Shown: positions 19,180-28,424 of the stretch, in pieces
Numbering within the stretch: the first letter of the stretch is position 1
How the letters are laid out: each line of letters opens with the position of its first letter
Translations under genes and position numbers: made by a program
The notes under the pieces: model-generated
What the model saw: only the letters and a program-made list of their open reading frames with translations
What the model was told of the DNA's origin: nothing
Databases searched by the model: none
DNA from: Gammaproteobacteria bacterium
GTDB lineage: Bacteria > Pseudomonadota > Gammaproteobacteria > Steroidobacterales > UBA11654
DNA: 64,000 bases
Reading direction: 5' to 3'
Assembly (NCBI GenBank): GCA_002717445.1
Contig: PBDY01000027.1
Span: 32,747 to 96,746 of the forward strand

Positions 19180-19931
19180 AAATATTAGTAGTAGGATATG
19201 GCGTTGTCGGACAGGCAGTCGCAAATGGATTGGATTGGGAAAGTGATAATGTAGTAGATGTACTTGACCCACCCAAAGGAATGAATAATATAGATGATTA
19301 TGATGATTACAATGGAATCATACTATGTCTACCAACCCCAATGGCGAGTGACGGAACGTGTGAAGATTCCCTTGTAGATAACTATCTTGCAGACATAAGA
19401 ATGAAATGTAGAGATATACCAGTACTAATTAAAAGTACTACGAGTATAGAACTAATTAAAGAAAACAAACACGACCCCAACCTCACCCATAACCCGGAAT
19501 TTCTAACCGAAGTAAATGCATTTGAAGAATTTCGAAATCAGAGGTTCGCAATCTTTGGTGGTAATCAAGGAAGATTTTGGTATAACGTCTTTATCGAAAG
19601 TGGTATTAAGATTAAAGAAGTTAGGTTTACTGATATGGTTAAAGCCGCATATGCCAAGTATACTATCAACTGTTTCCTTGCAACAAAAGTTATATTCTTC
19701 AATCAATTACGAGAGATGTATAATGAACAAGATTTCGACCAGTTAACCGACTTGGTTTCTCTTGACTCTCGTATAGGTAAATCCCATATGATGGTTCCAG
19801 GCCCCGACGGGGAGTGGGGATATGGTGGTATGTGTTTCCCAAAAGACACTAGTGCCTTCCTCAAAAGTTCAAATAATACCCTGACTTTGTTACAAAAAGT
19901 AATAGAAATAAACGACGAATATCGGTCATAA
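19176..19931 (+). CDS. UDP-glucose/GDP-mannose dehydrogenase-like protein (short form)
   Basis: VVGYGVVG, CLPTP, IKST, NPEFL, GYGGMCFPKD; the C-terminal domain is absent. Confidence 0.85.
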   Translation: MKILVVGYGVVGQAVANGLDWESDNVVDVLDPPKGMNNIDDYDDYNGIILCLPTPMASDGTCEDSLVDNYLADIRMKCRDIPVLIKSTTSIELIKENKHDPNLTHNPEFLTEVNAFEEFRNQRFAIFGGNQGRFWYNVFIESGIKIKEVRFTDMVKAAYAKYTINCFLATKVIFFNQLREMYNEQDFDQLTDLVSLDSRIGKSHMMVPGPDGEWGYGGMCFPKDTSAFLKSSNNTLTLLQKVIEINDEYRS

Positions 19932-19946
19932 CAGGGCCCCCTTTAA

Positions 19947-19954
19947 TATAAATA
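19947..19954 (+). promoter_or_regulatory. Late promoter TATAAATA (membrane/transport operon)
   Basis: Exact intergenic motif upstream of 20036. Confidence 0.7.
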
Positions 19955-20035
19955 TAAGTTATATACTATGTTGAAGTGCATAGTGGCGCTGGGTGGCTCC
20001 ACCGACCAGCACCTAAATCTAAAAGCGGGGAAACA

Positions 20036-20935
20036 ATGTTTAAACAATTCTTTGAGGAGACAAAATGGCTCTTAATAATCGTAACCACAGTAATAATAAT
20101 CTTACTGGGAAACGTAGCATATTTTGTATGGGAAGATGGCAAGCTCGCTAGAGAGAATGAAGGTATTCCCGAATGGTTATGGAATCCAGAGGTAAGAGAA
20201 CTAGATGTAGTACTTAAAGGACTGGAGTTTAAACAACTAAAAGAAAATCTATACAGTCTGACAGGAACAGTTCGACAAGACGACTGCGAGAAAATCGTTC
20301 CTCTACTCCCTATTGATAAACCATTTTCAGTAATATTGGAATCGCCTGGCGGAAGTCTTTTTGATGGTGGTTGTATTGCTGCTCATTTCAAACTTAGAGA
20401 TGTTATCACAGTTGTTAGGGATACTCCTGTCTTAGATGAAGATGGTAATATATTGTATCAGCCTGGACTTATACCTATGGCAGATAAGAATGATGAAGGC
20501 GAGGGATATACAATATGTGCATCATCTTGTTCTTTAATATTCCTTGGTGGTGATTTAAGATATCTTATAGGTAATGTCTTTTTAGGTATTCACGCACCAC
20601 ATACACCCGAAGAAGTAATAAATACTATAGGAAAACGTGCATTAGAATCTGATGCATATAGAACAGCAGCCTCATTACAGTTGTTGTTAGAAAAACTTGG
20701 AGTAACCGACCCTAATTTGAGGTTGTTGTTTATTCAAGTACCAGCGGCTTCTATGTACTGGTTGACTCCAAGAGATTTTGAATCTCAACCAACATTAATT
20801 ACATTAGCAACGCACTATAAGAACTTCTGGGGATTTAACTTTGAAAATGAGTTCATGGATGTCATAGACTCCAATGAGGACAGAAAGATAATAATGGAAT
20901 CTGAACCACCACCAACTAAACCGGGGTTAAAATAA
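20036..20935 (+). CDS. Membrane-anchored ClpP/crotonase-like (COG3904-type) protein
   Basis: N-terminal TM helix, ESPGG, CASSCSLIFLGG..R, GIHAP. Confidence 0.65.
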   Translation: MFKQFFEETKWLLIIVTTVIIILLGNVAYFVWEDGKLARENEGIPEWLWNPEVRELDVVLKGLEFKQLKENLYSLTGTVRQDDCEKIVPLLPIDKPFSVILESPGGSLFDGGCIAAHFKLRDVITVVRDTPVLDEDGNILYQPGLIPMADKNDEGEGYTICASSCSLIFLGGDLRYLIGNVFLGIHAPHTPEEVINTIGKRALESDAYRTAASLQLLLEKLGVTDPNLRLLFIQVPAASMYWLTPRDFESQPTLITLATHYKNFWGFNFENEFMDVIDSNEDRKIIMESEPPPTKPGLK

Positions 20936-20936
20936 T

Positions 20937-21959
20937 ATGTTAAAATCATTCTTTTGGACTAGACAAAACGCCTTTTACGCTTGGGTAATGTTATCATTAC
21001 TATTAGGTATCGCTTGGTATACTGTAGAGATACTAGTATTTTACAATGCGTGGAACAAAGAAATCTATGATGCGATTCAATCTTTACAAGAGGAAAGGTT
21101 TTGGACATTGTTCTTAGGATTTGACCTCAGTAGGATAACAGAATTTGTAATGCTTAAGGAAGATACTATGCCATCATTCCTTGAGATTATAACTTTATAT
21201 ACACCTATAGCAGTATATGCCACTTGGCAGACACAAAGGTATTGTTTCAAATGGAGAGAAGCGAATACGCATCACTACGCAAGAAGGTGGGAAAAATCAC
21301 CAGCAAAGATTGAAGGTGGTTCTCAACGTATCCAAGAAGACCTTATGATATTTGGTAAGACACTACAGAGTTTATTTTCAGGGTTCTTCTCAGCAATCTT
21401 AGTATTGTTTGCGTTTCTTCCTATACTTTGGGAATTATCAGAAGGATTACCTGTTTGGAATGGTAAGATAATTCCGGGATTTCTTGTATGGGTTGCATTA
21501 GGTGTTTCAATTGGTGGTACTTTAATATCTCTTATACTGGGTTGGAAACTACCCAAACTTGAATATAATAATCAGGTAGTAGAAGCGAAGTTTAGAAAAC
21601 AACTCGTATTCTCTGAGGACGATTTCAAGGCACGAGCAACTGATGTGTTGTTCCCAATGTTTAGTGCAGTTAAGAGAAACTATTATCGACTCTTTAATTG
21701 GTATATGGGATTTGGAGTATGGCAAACAGCATTCGGTCTGGCAGTAGGTAACTTAGCATTAGTAGTATTAGCGCCTGCATACTTTGACCAACTAATTACA
21801 CTTGGAGTATTATTCCAAGTACTCAACGCCTTTGGGCGAGTAGAATCGTCTATGGGATATTTTATAGACCGTTGGACTACAATCGTAGACTTCTTATCGG
21901 TTATTCGTCGTATCCGTGAATTTAACAAAGCTTTGGACGAGGCAGAACAGAAGGGATAA
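20937..21959 (+). CDS. sbmA: SbmA/BacA-family peptide transporter
   Basis: MLKSFF start, FKWREA, IEGGSQRIQED, LPKLEYNNQVVEAKFRKQLVFSED, FSAVKRNYYRL, WTTIVD all track E. coli SbmA motifs. Confidence 0.9.
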   Translation: MLKSFFWTRQNAFYAWVMLSLLLGIAWYTVEILVFYNAWNKEIYDAIQSLQEERFWTLFLGFDLSRITEFVMLKEDTMPSFLEIITLYTPIAVYATWQTQRYCFKWREANTHHYARRWEKSPAKIEGGSQRIQEDLMIFGKTLQSLFSGFFSAILVLFAFLPILWELSEGLPVWNGKIIPGFLVWVALGVSIGGTLISLILGWKLPKLEYNNQVVEAKFRKQLVFSEDDFKARATDVLFPMFSAVKRNYYRLFNWYMGFGVWQTAFGLAVGNLALVVLAPAYFDQLITLGVLFQVLNAFGRVESSMGYFIDRWTTIVDFLSVIRRIREFNKALDEAEQKG

Positions 21960-21960
21960 T

Positions 21961-22422
21961 ATGAATAAAGTTTTACAAAGATGGTATCTTTTTGTAATGG
22001 TCTATCTCTGTGGTGTATATGCTTTATACACTAACGGAATATTCGTAGACATATATGAGAATGATGTTACCAAACTAACCTTTGTTATATATGGATTGTT
22101 TATACTTTCCACAGGTATTTTGGGGTGGGTGTCGCATAAGTGCAAACTTGGCCCAAAGAAATTTAAACACAATAAGTTCACAGATATGTGTTGGTTTATG
22201 AGTGATGCAATGATGACACTCGGACTGATAGGTACGGTTGCAGGTATGATATTCCTATTCGGAATGATATTCGGTAATATCGACCCAAGTGTACCAGAGG
22301 ATTTGAAAAATGCATTAGGTCATATGGCAACTGGATTGTCTACTGCAATGTATACAACGATAGTAGGTATGGTGTGTTCTTTACTGACTAGGGTTCAGTT
22401 AATGAATATCGAATATGGATAA
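21961..22422 (+). CDS. MotA/TolQ/ExbB-family proton channel subunit
   Basis: TLGLIGTVAGMI...GLSTAMYTTIVG TM-pair signature. Confidence 0.8.
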   Translation: MNKVLQRWYLFVMVYLCGVYALYTNGIFVDIYENDVTKLTFVIYGLFILSTGILGWVSHKCKLGPKKFKHNKFTDMCWFMSDAMMTLGLIGTVAGMIFLFGMIFGNIDPSVPEDLKNALGHMATGLSTAMYTTIVGMVCSLLTRVQLMNIEYG

Positions 22423-23089
22423 CAAGACAAGATTTAAAAGTCTGATTAGTTTCTTAGACCTGTTGTGGATTCTTCTTGCAGGTTTTGGTGCAATGTTTAT
22501 TATTGCATTTCTTCTCATACAACCACCAGCGAAACATGCCGATATTATTAAGAAGGCAGAGTATATGATTATCCTAGAATGGGATAAGAAATCTTCTGAT
22601 GATATTGATTTGTGGGTGATGAATCCAAAAGGGGGAGTAGTATCCTTTAGGGGTAAGAGTATGGGGTATATGAACTTAGAGAAAGATGACCTTGGTTCTA
22701 AGAATGATAAAGTTATAGATGAATATGGTGTTGCACACGTTCTCGAAATAAATAGAGAAGTAGTTACCCTTAGAGGTGTTATGAAAGGAGAATATAAAGT
22801 TATGGTACACGTTTATAATAGATATCCGGTTTCGGAAACTCCCGAATGGTTTACAATAGAAATTGTAAAGATAAATCCATATAAACAAGTGTATTTGTCA
22901 ACAGGTACATATACATTCAGAGGACAAGAACATTCTGTTGTTAGATTTACCGTAGATGCAGATGCGAATTTCAAAGGGTTCAACTCTTTAAATACTAACT
23001 TCATCAACGCTAGTAGGACATCACCAGAAGAAAGAGCAGAAGATGTAATAACTAATCAAGGCGCTCAAGGTTATACAGGAGATTACTAA
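22415..23089 (+). CDS. ExbD/MotB-like single-TM partner with a periplasmic beta domain
   Basis: N-terminal SFLDLL (TM Asp) followed by a hydrophobic helix; LEWD...DIDLWV.NP domain. Confidence 0.55.
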   Translation: MDNKTRFKSLISFLDLLWILLAGFGAMFIIAFLLIQPPAKHADIIKKAEYMIILEWDKKSSDDIDLWVMNPKGGVVSFRGKSMGYMNLEKDDLGSKNDKVIDEYGVAHVLEINREVVTLRGVMKGEYKVMVHVYNRYPVSETPEWFTIEIVKINPYKQVYLSTGTYTFRGQEHSVVRFTVDADANFKGFNSLNTNFINASRTSPEERAEDVITNQGAQGYTGDY

Positions 23090-23553
23090 TGGATATTGAA
23101 AATTCAATCGCACTAGTTTCTTTATCAATCTTTCTATTAATGACATTCTCATTGATAGTGATGATTTGGTATGGTCGTTCTAACAAACTGATATACTTAG
23201 TGATACCTCTGGTTCTTTGGTTAAGTGTATCAACTTATAGTACTATACAAGGATTACTTGGATATCCTGTACTAGCAAAAGATATACCCGAAGGAAACAT
23301 ATATCTATCTCACACAGTAGGAAAAGACCAAGAATGGTTATACTTCTGGTTAATTGATATAAATACATATGTACCTAAAGCTTATAAGATAGTGTACACA
23401 GAGGAAGGTGAAAAGTTACTTGCAGAAGCGAAAGAGAAATCAGGTCTTGGTAATCCTCAAGGATTGAAACTTCAACTAGGAAGTAGTGAACAAGAAACTG
23501 AAAAACAAATAACAATATACAATTTTAATAAACTAGAAGGAATAATCAAATGA
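23089..23553 (+). CDS. Two-TM membrane protein, hypothetical
   Basis: Two N-terminal hydrophobic helices then LGYP; translationally coupled to its neighbours. Confidence 0.6.
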   Translation: MDIENSIALVSLSIFLLMTFSLIVMIWYGRSNKLIYLVIPLVLWLSVSTYSTIQGLLGYPVLAKDIPEGNIYLSHTVGKDQEWLYFWLIDINTYVPKAYKIVYTEEGEKLLAEAKEKSGLGNPQGLKLQLGSSEQETEKQITIYNFNKLEGIIK

Positions 23554-24200
23554 GTAAAAAACCGTCAAGAATGGATATCATAGGACAGAACGGAAATGAT
23601 GGCGACCACTATGACCAAGTAGATACAGCGCCACCACCGCCGCCACCAGGAATGGATACAGTCATTCCTAAATTGGACTTGATGAAAAAGAACATCAACT
23701 TCTTTATGGGTGATGTTACAATGCAATCAATGGAACCAATATGTGAGTGGATTATTTCTGCAAACCTATCTGATACTCCCCCAAAGGAATTGACACTAGT
23801 TGTTTGTTCAAGAGGTGGTGACCTCAATGCTTGTTTCGCCCTCGTAGATTGTATGAGGGGTTCTAAGATACCTATCCGAACCATTGGTTTGGGTATGATT
23901 GCATCTTGTGGACTCTTAATGTTTATCTCAGGTACGAAAGGTCGTAGAGTACTTACACCAAATACTGCAATACTATCACATCAATACTCTTGGGGTTCAG
24001 TTGGTAAGGAACACGAACTCTTTGCAAGGGTTAAGGAAATGGAATTAACTACTCATAGACTACTGAGTCATTATAAGAAGTGTACTGGATTAAATGAGAA
24101 GAAAATCAGAGAACATTTACTACCACCACATGATGTGTGGTTGGGTGCTGACCAAGCATTAAAATTAAAACTATGTGATAAGATATCGGATATTACTTGA
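23550..24200 (+). CDS. clpP: ClpP-like protease
   Basis: SRGGD, TIGLGMIASCG (catalytic Ser), ILSHQ (His), DVWL (Asp). Confidence 0.85.
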   Translation: MSKKPSRMDIIGQNGNDGDHYDQVDTAPPPPPPGMDTVIPKLDLMKKNINFFMGDVTMQSMEPICEWIISANLSDTPPKELTLVVCSRGGDLNACFALVDCMRGSKIPIRTIGLGMIASCGLLMFISGTKGRRVLTPNTAILSHQYSWGSVGKEHELFARVKEMELTTHRLLSHYKKCTGLNEKKIREHLLPPHDVWLGADQALKLKLCDKISDIT

Positions 24201-24225
24201 CTTTTAAACTCATATAGAGTATAAT
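24197..24225 (+). promoter_or_regulatory. Sigma70-type promoter, leaderless geometry
   Basis: TTGACT-17-TATAAT, with the ATG 7 nt downstream. Confidence 0.8.
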
Positions 24226-24232
24226 ACTTACT

Positions 24233-24970
24233 ATGAATATAACTGTAACTGGTGGCAACGGCTACATAGGTTCACACCTAATTCCAGTACTGAAAAGTGC
24301 AGGGCATAAAGTAAGCAATTACAGGGGAGATATATTAGACTTCCAAACTTACTGGACGACAGATATGGTTATTCACCTCGCATCACTAACAGGCGTAAGA
24401 CAATCCCTAGAAGAACCCGAAGAATACTACAAAGTAAATGTTGAAGGATTCCGTAAGGTCGTAGAAGAATGTGAGAAGTGGGAAGTCAAGTTATTATACG
24501 CAAGTTCATCTAATGCAGAAGAATGGTGGAGTAATCCTTACGCAGTTACTAAGAAGATAACCGAAGTAATGGCAGAAGATATTGATGCGATTGGATTCAG
24601 ACCACATACAGTATATCCTGGAAGGACAGATATGTTGTATCATAAACTCAAATCAAACGTAGACCAAATAACATATATCAATGGTGGTCATTATAGAGAT
24701 TTTACCCACGTCGAAGATGTGTGTAGCGCAATATTGACTTTAGTGGCGAATTACTGTATAATAGAGGATAAGGTAATAGATATTGGCACTGGTACGAGTA
24801 AGAGTGTTCTTGAGATAGCATTAATGATGGGATTCTGTGGTGAAGTCAGAGAAGATTTAACACCCAATGAAAGAGAAGAAACGTGTGCAGATATTACAGT
24901 ATTAAAGAACCTTGGTTGGAAACCGACCATACAAATAAAGGACTACATTGAAAATAGCAATTCTAAATGA
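24233..24970 (+). CDS. NAD-dependent epimerase/dehydratase
   Basis: TGGNGYIG, HLAS, YASSS, YAVTK (YxxxK), RDFTHVED. Confidence 0.9.
   Translation: MNITVTGGNGYIGSHLIPVLKSAGHKVSNYRGDILDFQTYWTTDMVIHLASLTGVRQSLEEPEEYYKVNVEGFRKVVEECEKWEVKLLYASSSNAEEWWSNPYAVTKKITEVMAEDIDAIGFRPHTVYPGRTDMLYHKLKSNVDQITYINGGHYRDFTHVEDVCSAILTLVANYCIIEDKVIDIGTGTSKSVLEIALMMGFCGEVREDLTPNEREETCADITVLKNLGWKPTIQIKDYIENSNSK
24734..24762 (+). promoter_or_regulatory. Intragenic sigma70-type promoter, probably serving gp47
   Basis: TTGACT-17-TATAAT inside the epimerase ORF. Confidence 0.55.
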
Positions 24971-26000
24971 CACCCACGCTGGTGTTCGAAATTCGTCAGA
25001 GATATTCATAGATTACCAATATAGGTTTTATAACGAAATCTTCTTCCCCTATTGTGAGGATAACAACATCACACACATCATTCACTTAGGTGATTACTAT
25101 GACCACCGTAAGAATGTGAACTTCAAAGCTCTTAATGCAAATCGTCAGATGTTCCTGGAACCACTCAGGAAGAAAGGAATGACAATGGATATTATTCCGG
25201 GAAATCACGACGTATTCCACAAGAACACAAACGACCTATGTTCTCTCAAAGAACTCTTAGGATATTATACATCTAATATAAACATCATAATGAAACCCAC
25301 GACGATAAATGATATGCATTTCCTACCTTGGGTTAACAATGAGAATTATGAACACTCAATGAAATACATTAAGTCTAGGAAGGGTGGAACTCTATTCGCT
25401 CACTTAGAATTAAAAGACTTTGAGATGATGCGTGGTATCAAATCACCACAAGGTATGTTGAAATCAGAATTCAAACATTTCGATAGAGTTTACTCTGGAC
25501 ATTTCCACGCAAGTTCGATACAAGATAATATCACTTACTTGGGTTGTCAAATGGAATTTACTTGGGCAGATTGTGAAGATGACAAATACTTTCACATATA
25601 TGACACAGACAAGAAAACAATGACAAGGATACGAAACCCCCTTATATTGTATAAGAAGATATATTACAATGACGATAAGACAGACTACAGCAAGATAGAT
25701 GATGTGTCCGATTACGCTGATAAGTTTGTTAAGATAATCGTCGAGAAAAAAGGAAATCCGTTTATGTTTGATAAGTTCGTTGATAGACTATCAGATATAA
25801 ACACACACGAACTCAAAATCGCAGAGAACTTCTCAGAGTTTCTCGGTGAGAATGTAGTAACCTCAATAGAAGATGTAGAGAATACTACCGACTTAATGAA
25901 CAATTACATAGACGGTATCAATACAGATTTGAATAAGGATAAGATGAAGAACTTAATGAATAGTTTATATAATGAAGCACTTGATATGGAGATACAGTAA
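24948..26000 (+). CDS. gp47: Recombination endonuclease subunit (Mre11-like)
   Basis: DTHAG, HLGD, GNHD, SGHFH metallophosphoesterase motifs. Confidence 0.95.
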   Translation: MKIAILNDTHAGVRNSSEIFIDYQYRFYNEIFFPYCEDNNITHIIHLGDYYDHRKNVNFKALNANRQMFLEPLRKKGMTMDIIPGNHDVFHKNTNDLCSLKELLGYYTSNINIIMKPTTINDMHFLPWVNNENYEHSMKYIKSRKGGTLFAHLELKDFEMMRGIKSPQGMLKSEFKHFDRVYSGHFHASSIQDNITYLGCQMEFTWADCEDDKYFHIYDTDKKTMTRIRNPLILYKKIYYNDDKTDYSKIDDVSDYADKFVKIIVEKKGNPFMFDKFVDRLSDINTHELKIAENFSEFLGENVVTSIEDVENTTDLMNNYIDGINTDLNKDKMKNLMNSLYNEALDMEIQ

Positions 26001-26503
26001 TGGAATATATATTAATGATTGCAATGGGTATTGCAATAGGAATGAACACAACAGAAACACAAACAACAGAGGTAGTAGATAAGTCTTGGTCAGACCCAAT
26101 TGTTACTATCATACCTATAGATATGACACCTCTACCCGACAGGGGGATTATACCACTCGACGAAGAAATGAATTCAGACCCCCGAGAAGAAACCGAAGTA
26201 GTTGAAGAAGAAGTAATCATAGGGCCGAAGATTTTTGATGAAGAACTAGAATTCAGAAATATGGCAGTCCAAGTATTAGGTGGACTAAACTTCTATACCT
26301 CTAACTGTGGACAACTAACTGAATTAGGTAATGTCTATAAATCGCAGATAATGGAAACCTTTAACCTAGACGAAGATTTAATGACACTAGACCAATACTA
26401 TATTGATGGAATGTATGCGGCTTCCACGTATGAAACGTGTGATGCTTTATATGAAGTTATAGATAGTATAGGTGGTGCAGATATGGTAACTAAAGGGTGG
26501 TAA
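26000..26503 (+). CDS. Acidic hypothetical protein with hydrophobic N-terminus
   Basis: ORF coupled between gp47 and gp46. Confidence 0.6.
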   Translation: MEYILMIAMGIAIGMNTTETQTTEVVDKSWSDPIVTIIPIDMTPLPDRGIIPLDEEMNSDPREETEVVEEEVIIGPKIFDEELEFRNMAVQVLGGLNFYTSNCGQLTELGNVYKSQIMETFNLDEDLMTLDQYYIDGMYAASTYETCDALYEVIDSIGGADMVTKGW

Positions 26504-28174
26504 ATGATTACATTTCGGGAATTAGAATATAGCAACTTCCTAGCGTGTGGGAACAATCCAATAACAATCAGATTAGACAAGAGTAAGAGTACTCTTATCG
26601 TCGGTCAGAATGGTTCGGGTAAATCCACAATCCTAGATGCATTATCTTTTGCATTGTTTGGAAAGGCACATAGGAATGTTCCTAAGAATGGATTAGTCAA
26701 TTCAGTTAATGGTAAAGGTACGGTAGTATCAGTTACCTTTGAAACTGCTGGACATAACTTCAAGATTATCAGAGGTATCAAACCGAACATCTTTGAAGTA
26801 TGGCAGAACGATAAGATGATTGACCAAACAGCGTCAGTCCGTGATTATCAGAAATTCCTCGAACAGAATATACTCAAACTCAATCATAAGAGTTTTCACC
26901 AAATCGTAGTATTAGGACAATCGTCCTTTATTCCATTTATGCAATTATCAACTGCACACAGACGAGATGTCGTAGAGGACTTGCTAGATATCAATATCTT
27001 CTCGAAGATGAAAGGTATTCTCAAGGAAAGGAATTCAGTTAGTAAACAAGAAGCAACCACAGCCAGACACGAATTAACTACCCAAAAGGGTAAGATAGAT
27101 TATCAAAAGAAACACATAGACTCATTAAAGAAACTCAATCAGAAAGCAGACGAATCCACTAAACAAATCGAAGATGACATTACGTCTGATATTGAAAATC
27201 TCAAGACACAGAGAGATGGATATCCAAAGACATTACAAAAACAGGTGAAGGAACTACAATCGAAGAAGGCAGATAACAATCAACTACTTGGAAAGTGCAA
27301 CCATAAGATATCGGAATTAGCAGAGAAACATAAGTTCTTTGAATCACATACTGAATGCCCCGAATGTGAACAATCGATTACCAAGGAATTCAGAGAAAAG
27401 AGATTAGAAGATATCGTAGTAAGTGCAAGAGAAACTTCGAAAGGGGTTACAGCATCTCAATTACAGTCTAAAATGGTGCAAGATGAGATAGATATCCTAA
27501 TGTCAGATATAACTGATTACAATGAGATACTCACTAAGATTAAAGGAAAAAAGACTGAGTTGGATAGAGTTCAAGCAAAAAAACCTCTAAAATCGAATAT
27601 AAGCCCCCTAGAAATCGATTTAAATGACCTAATTTTAAAAGCCGACGATATAAGGGATACCTTAGATGATTGTACAGACAAGCTATTATATAATGAAATT
27701 GCGTGGGAAATGTTAAAAGACACGGGGATACGTACCAAAGTTATACGAGAATACCTACCAGCGATGAACACATTAATCAATCAATACTTACAAACTCTTG
27801 ACTTCTTTGTTGCGTTTACTCTGAATGAGAACTTCGAAGAAACCATTCGTTCAAGACATAGAGATAAATTCAAATACGATAACTTCTCAGAGGGCGAGAA
27901 GATGCGTATAGACCTTTCATTGTTATTCACTTGGCGACAGATTGCGAAGATGAAGAACTCAACGAACACCAACCTATTAATCCTTGACGAAACATTCGAC
28001 TCATCATTAGATGCAGACGGTGTGGACAATCTAATGAAGATACTATTGACCTTAGAGGATTATACCAATACCTTTATCATATCACATAAACCTGATGTGT
28101 TAGAATCGAAATTGAAATCTAAAATCGAATTCGCAAAGGTTAACAATTTTAGTGCAATCAAGTCCGGGATTTAA
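26504..28174 (+). CDS. gp46: Recombination endonuclease ATPase subunit (Rad50-like)
   Basis: GQNGSGKS, CPEC zinc hook, FSEGE, LDETFD. Confidence 0.96.
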   Translation: MITFRELEYSNFLACGNNPITIRLDKSKSTLIVGQNGSGKSTILDALSFALFGKAHRNVPKNGLVNSVNGKGTVVSVTFETAGHNFKIIRGIKPNIFEVWQNDKMIDQTASVRDYQKFLEQNILKLNHKSFHQIVVLGQSSFIPFMQLSTAHRRDVVEDLLDINIFSKMKGILKERNSVSKQEATTARHELTTQKGKIDYQKKHIDSLKKLNQKADESTKQIEDDITSDIENLKTQRDGYPKTLQKQVKELQSKKADNNQLLGKCNHKISELAEKHKFFESHTECPECEQSITKEFREKRLEDIVVSARETSKGVTASQLQSKMVQDEIDILMSDITDYNEILTKIKGKKTELDRVQAKKPLKSNISPLEIDLNDLILKADDIRDTLDDCTDKLLYNEIAWEMLKDTGIRTKVIREYLPAMNTLINQYLQTLDFFVAFTLNENFEETIRSRHRDKFKYDNFSEGEKMRIDLSLLFTWRQIAKMKNSTNTNLLILDETFDSSLDADGVDNLMKILLTLEDYTNTFIISHKPDVLESKLKSKIEFAKVNNFSAIKSGI

Positions 28175-28326
28175 TGAGAATCAAGAATGTAAAATATACT
28201 CGAAATGGTCAGACCACTTCGAAGTCAATACCAAAGAAATATCAGACATCTGCACGGTTATATGTTAAGGAAATACTGAAAAATCCTAAATGTGACACCG
28301 TTGTGGTTGAATACAGCTCAACTTAA
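28174..28326 (+). CDS. Small basic hypothetical protein (50 aa)
   Basis: TAATG overlap with the gp46 stop; MRIKNVKYTRNG...VVVEYSST. Confidence 0.35.
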   Translation: MRIKNVKYTRNGQTTSKSIPKKYQTSARLYVKEILKNPKCDTVVVEYSST

Positions 28327-28391
28327 GTTGAATATTTGGCGCTGTAAATAGCGAAAAATAGTTTCACTTTTGGTGAAATAACTGGTATAAT
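28318..28391 (+). promoter_or_regulatory. Early promoter with conserved upstream palindromic element (copy 1)
   Basis: Palindrome TCAACTTAAGTTGA, then ATATTTGGCGCTGT...GCGAAA, then TTCACT-17-TATAAT. Confidence 0.7.
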
Positions 28392-28424
28392 AGTATTATA
28401 GAATGAAAAAGGAACTATAAAACT

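Noticed and set aside
21961..23089. Canonical Zorya system or flagellar stator
   Set aside because: There is no long ZorA tail, no OmpA-like peptidoglycan-binding domain and no zorC/D/E or flagellar genes; kept only as an analogy.
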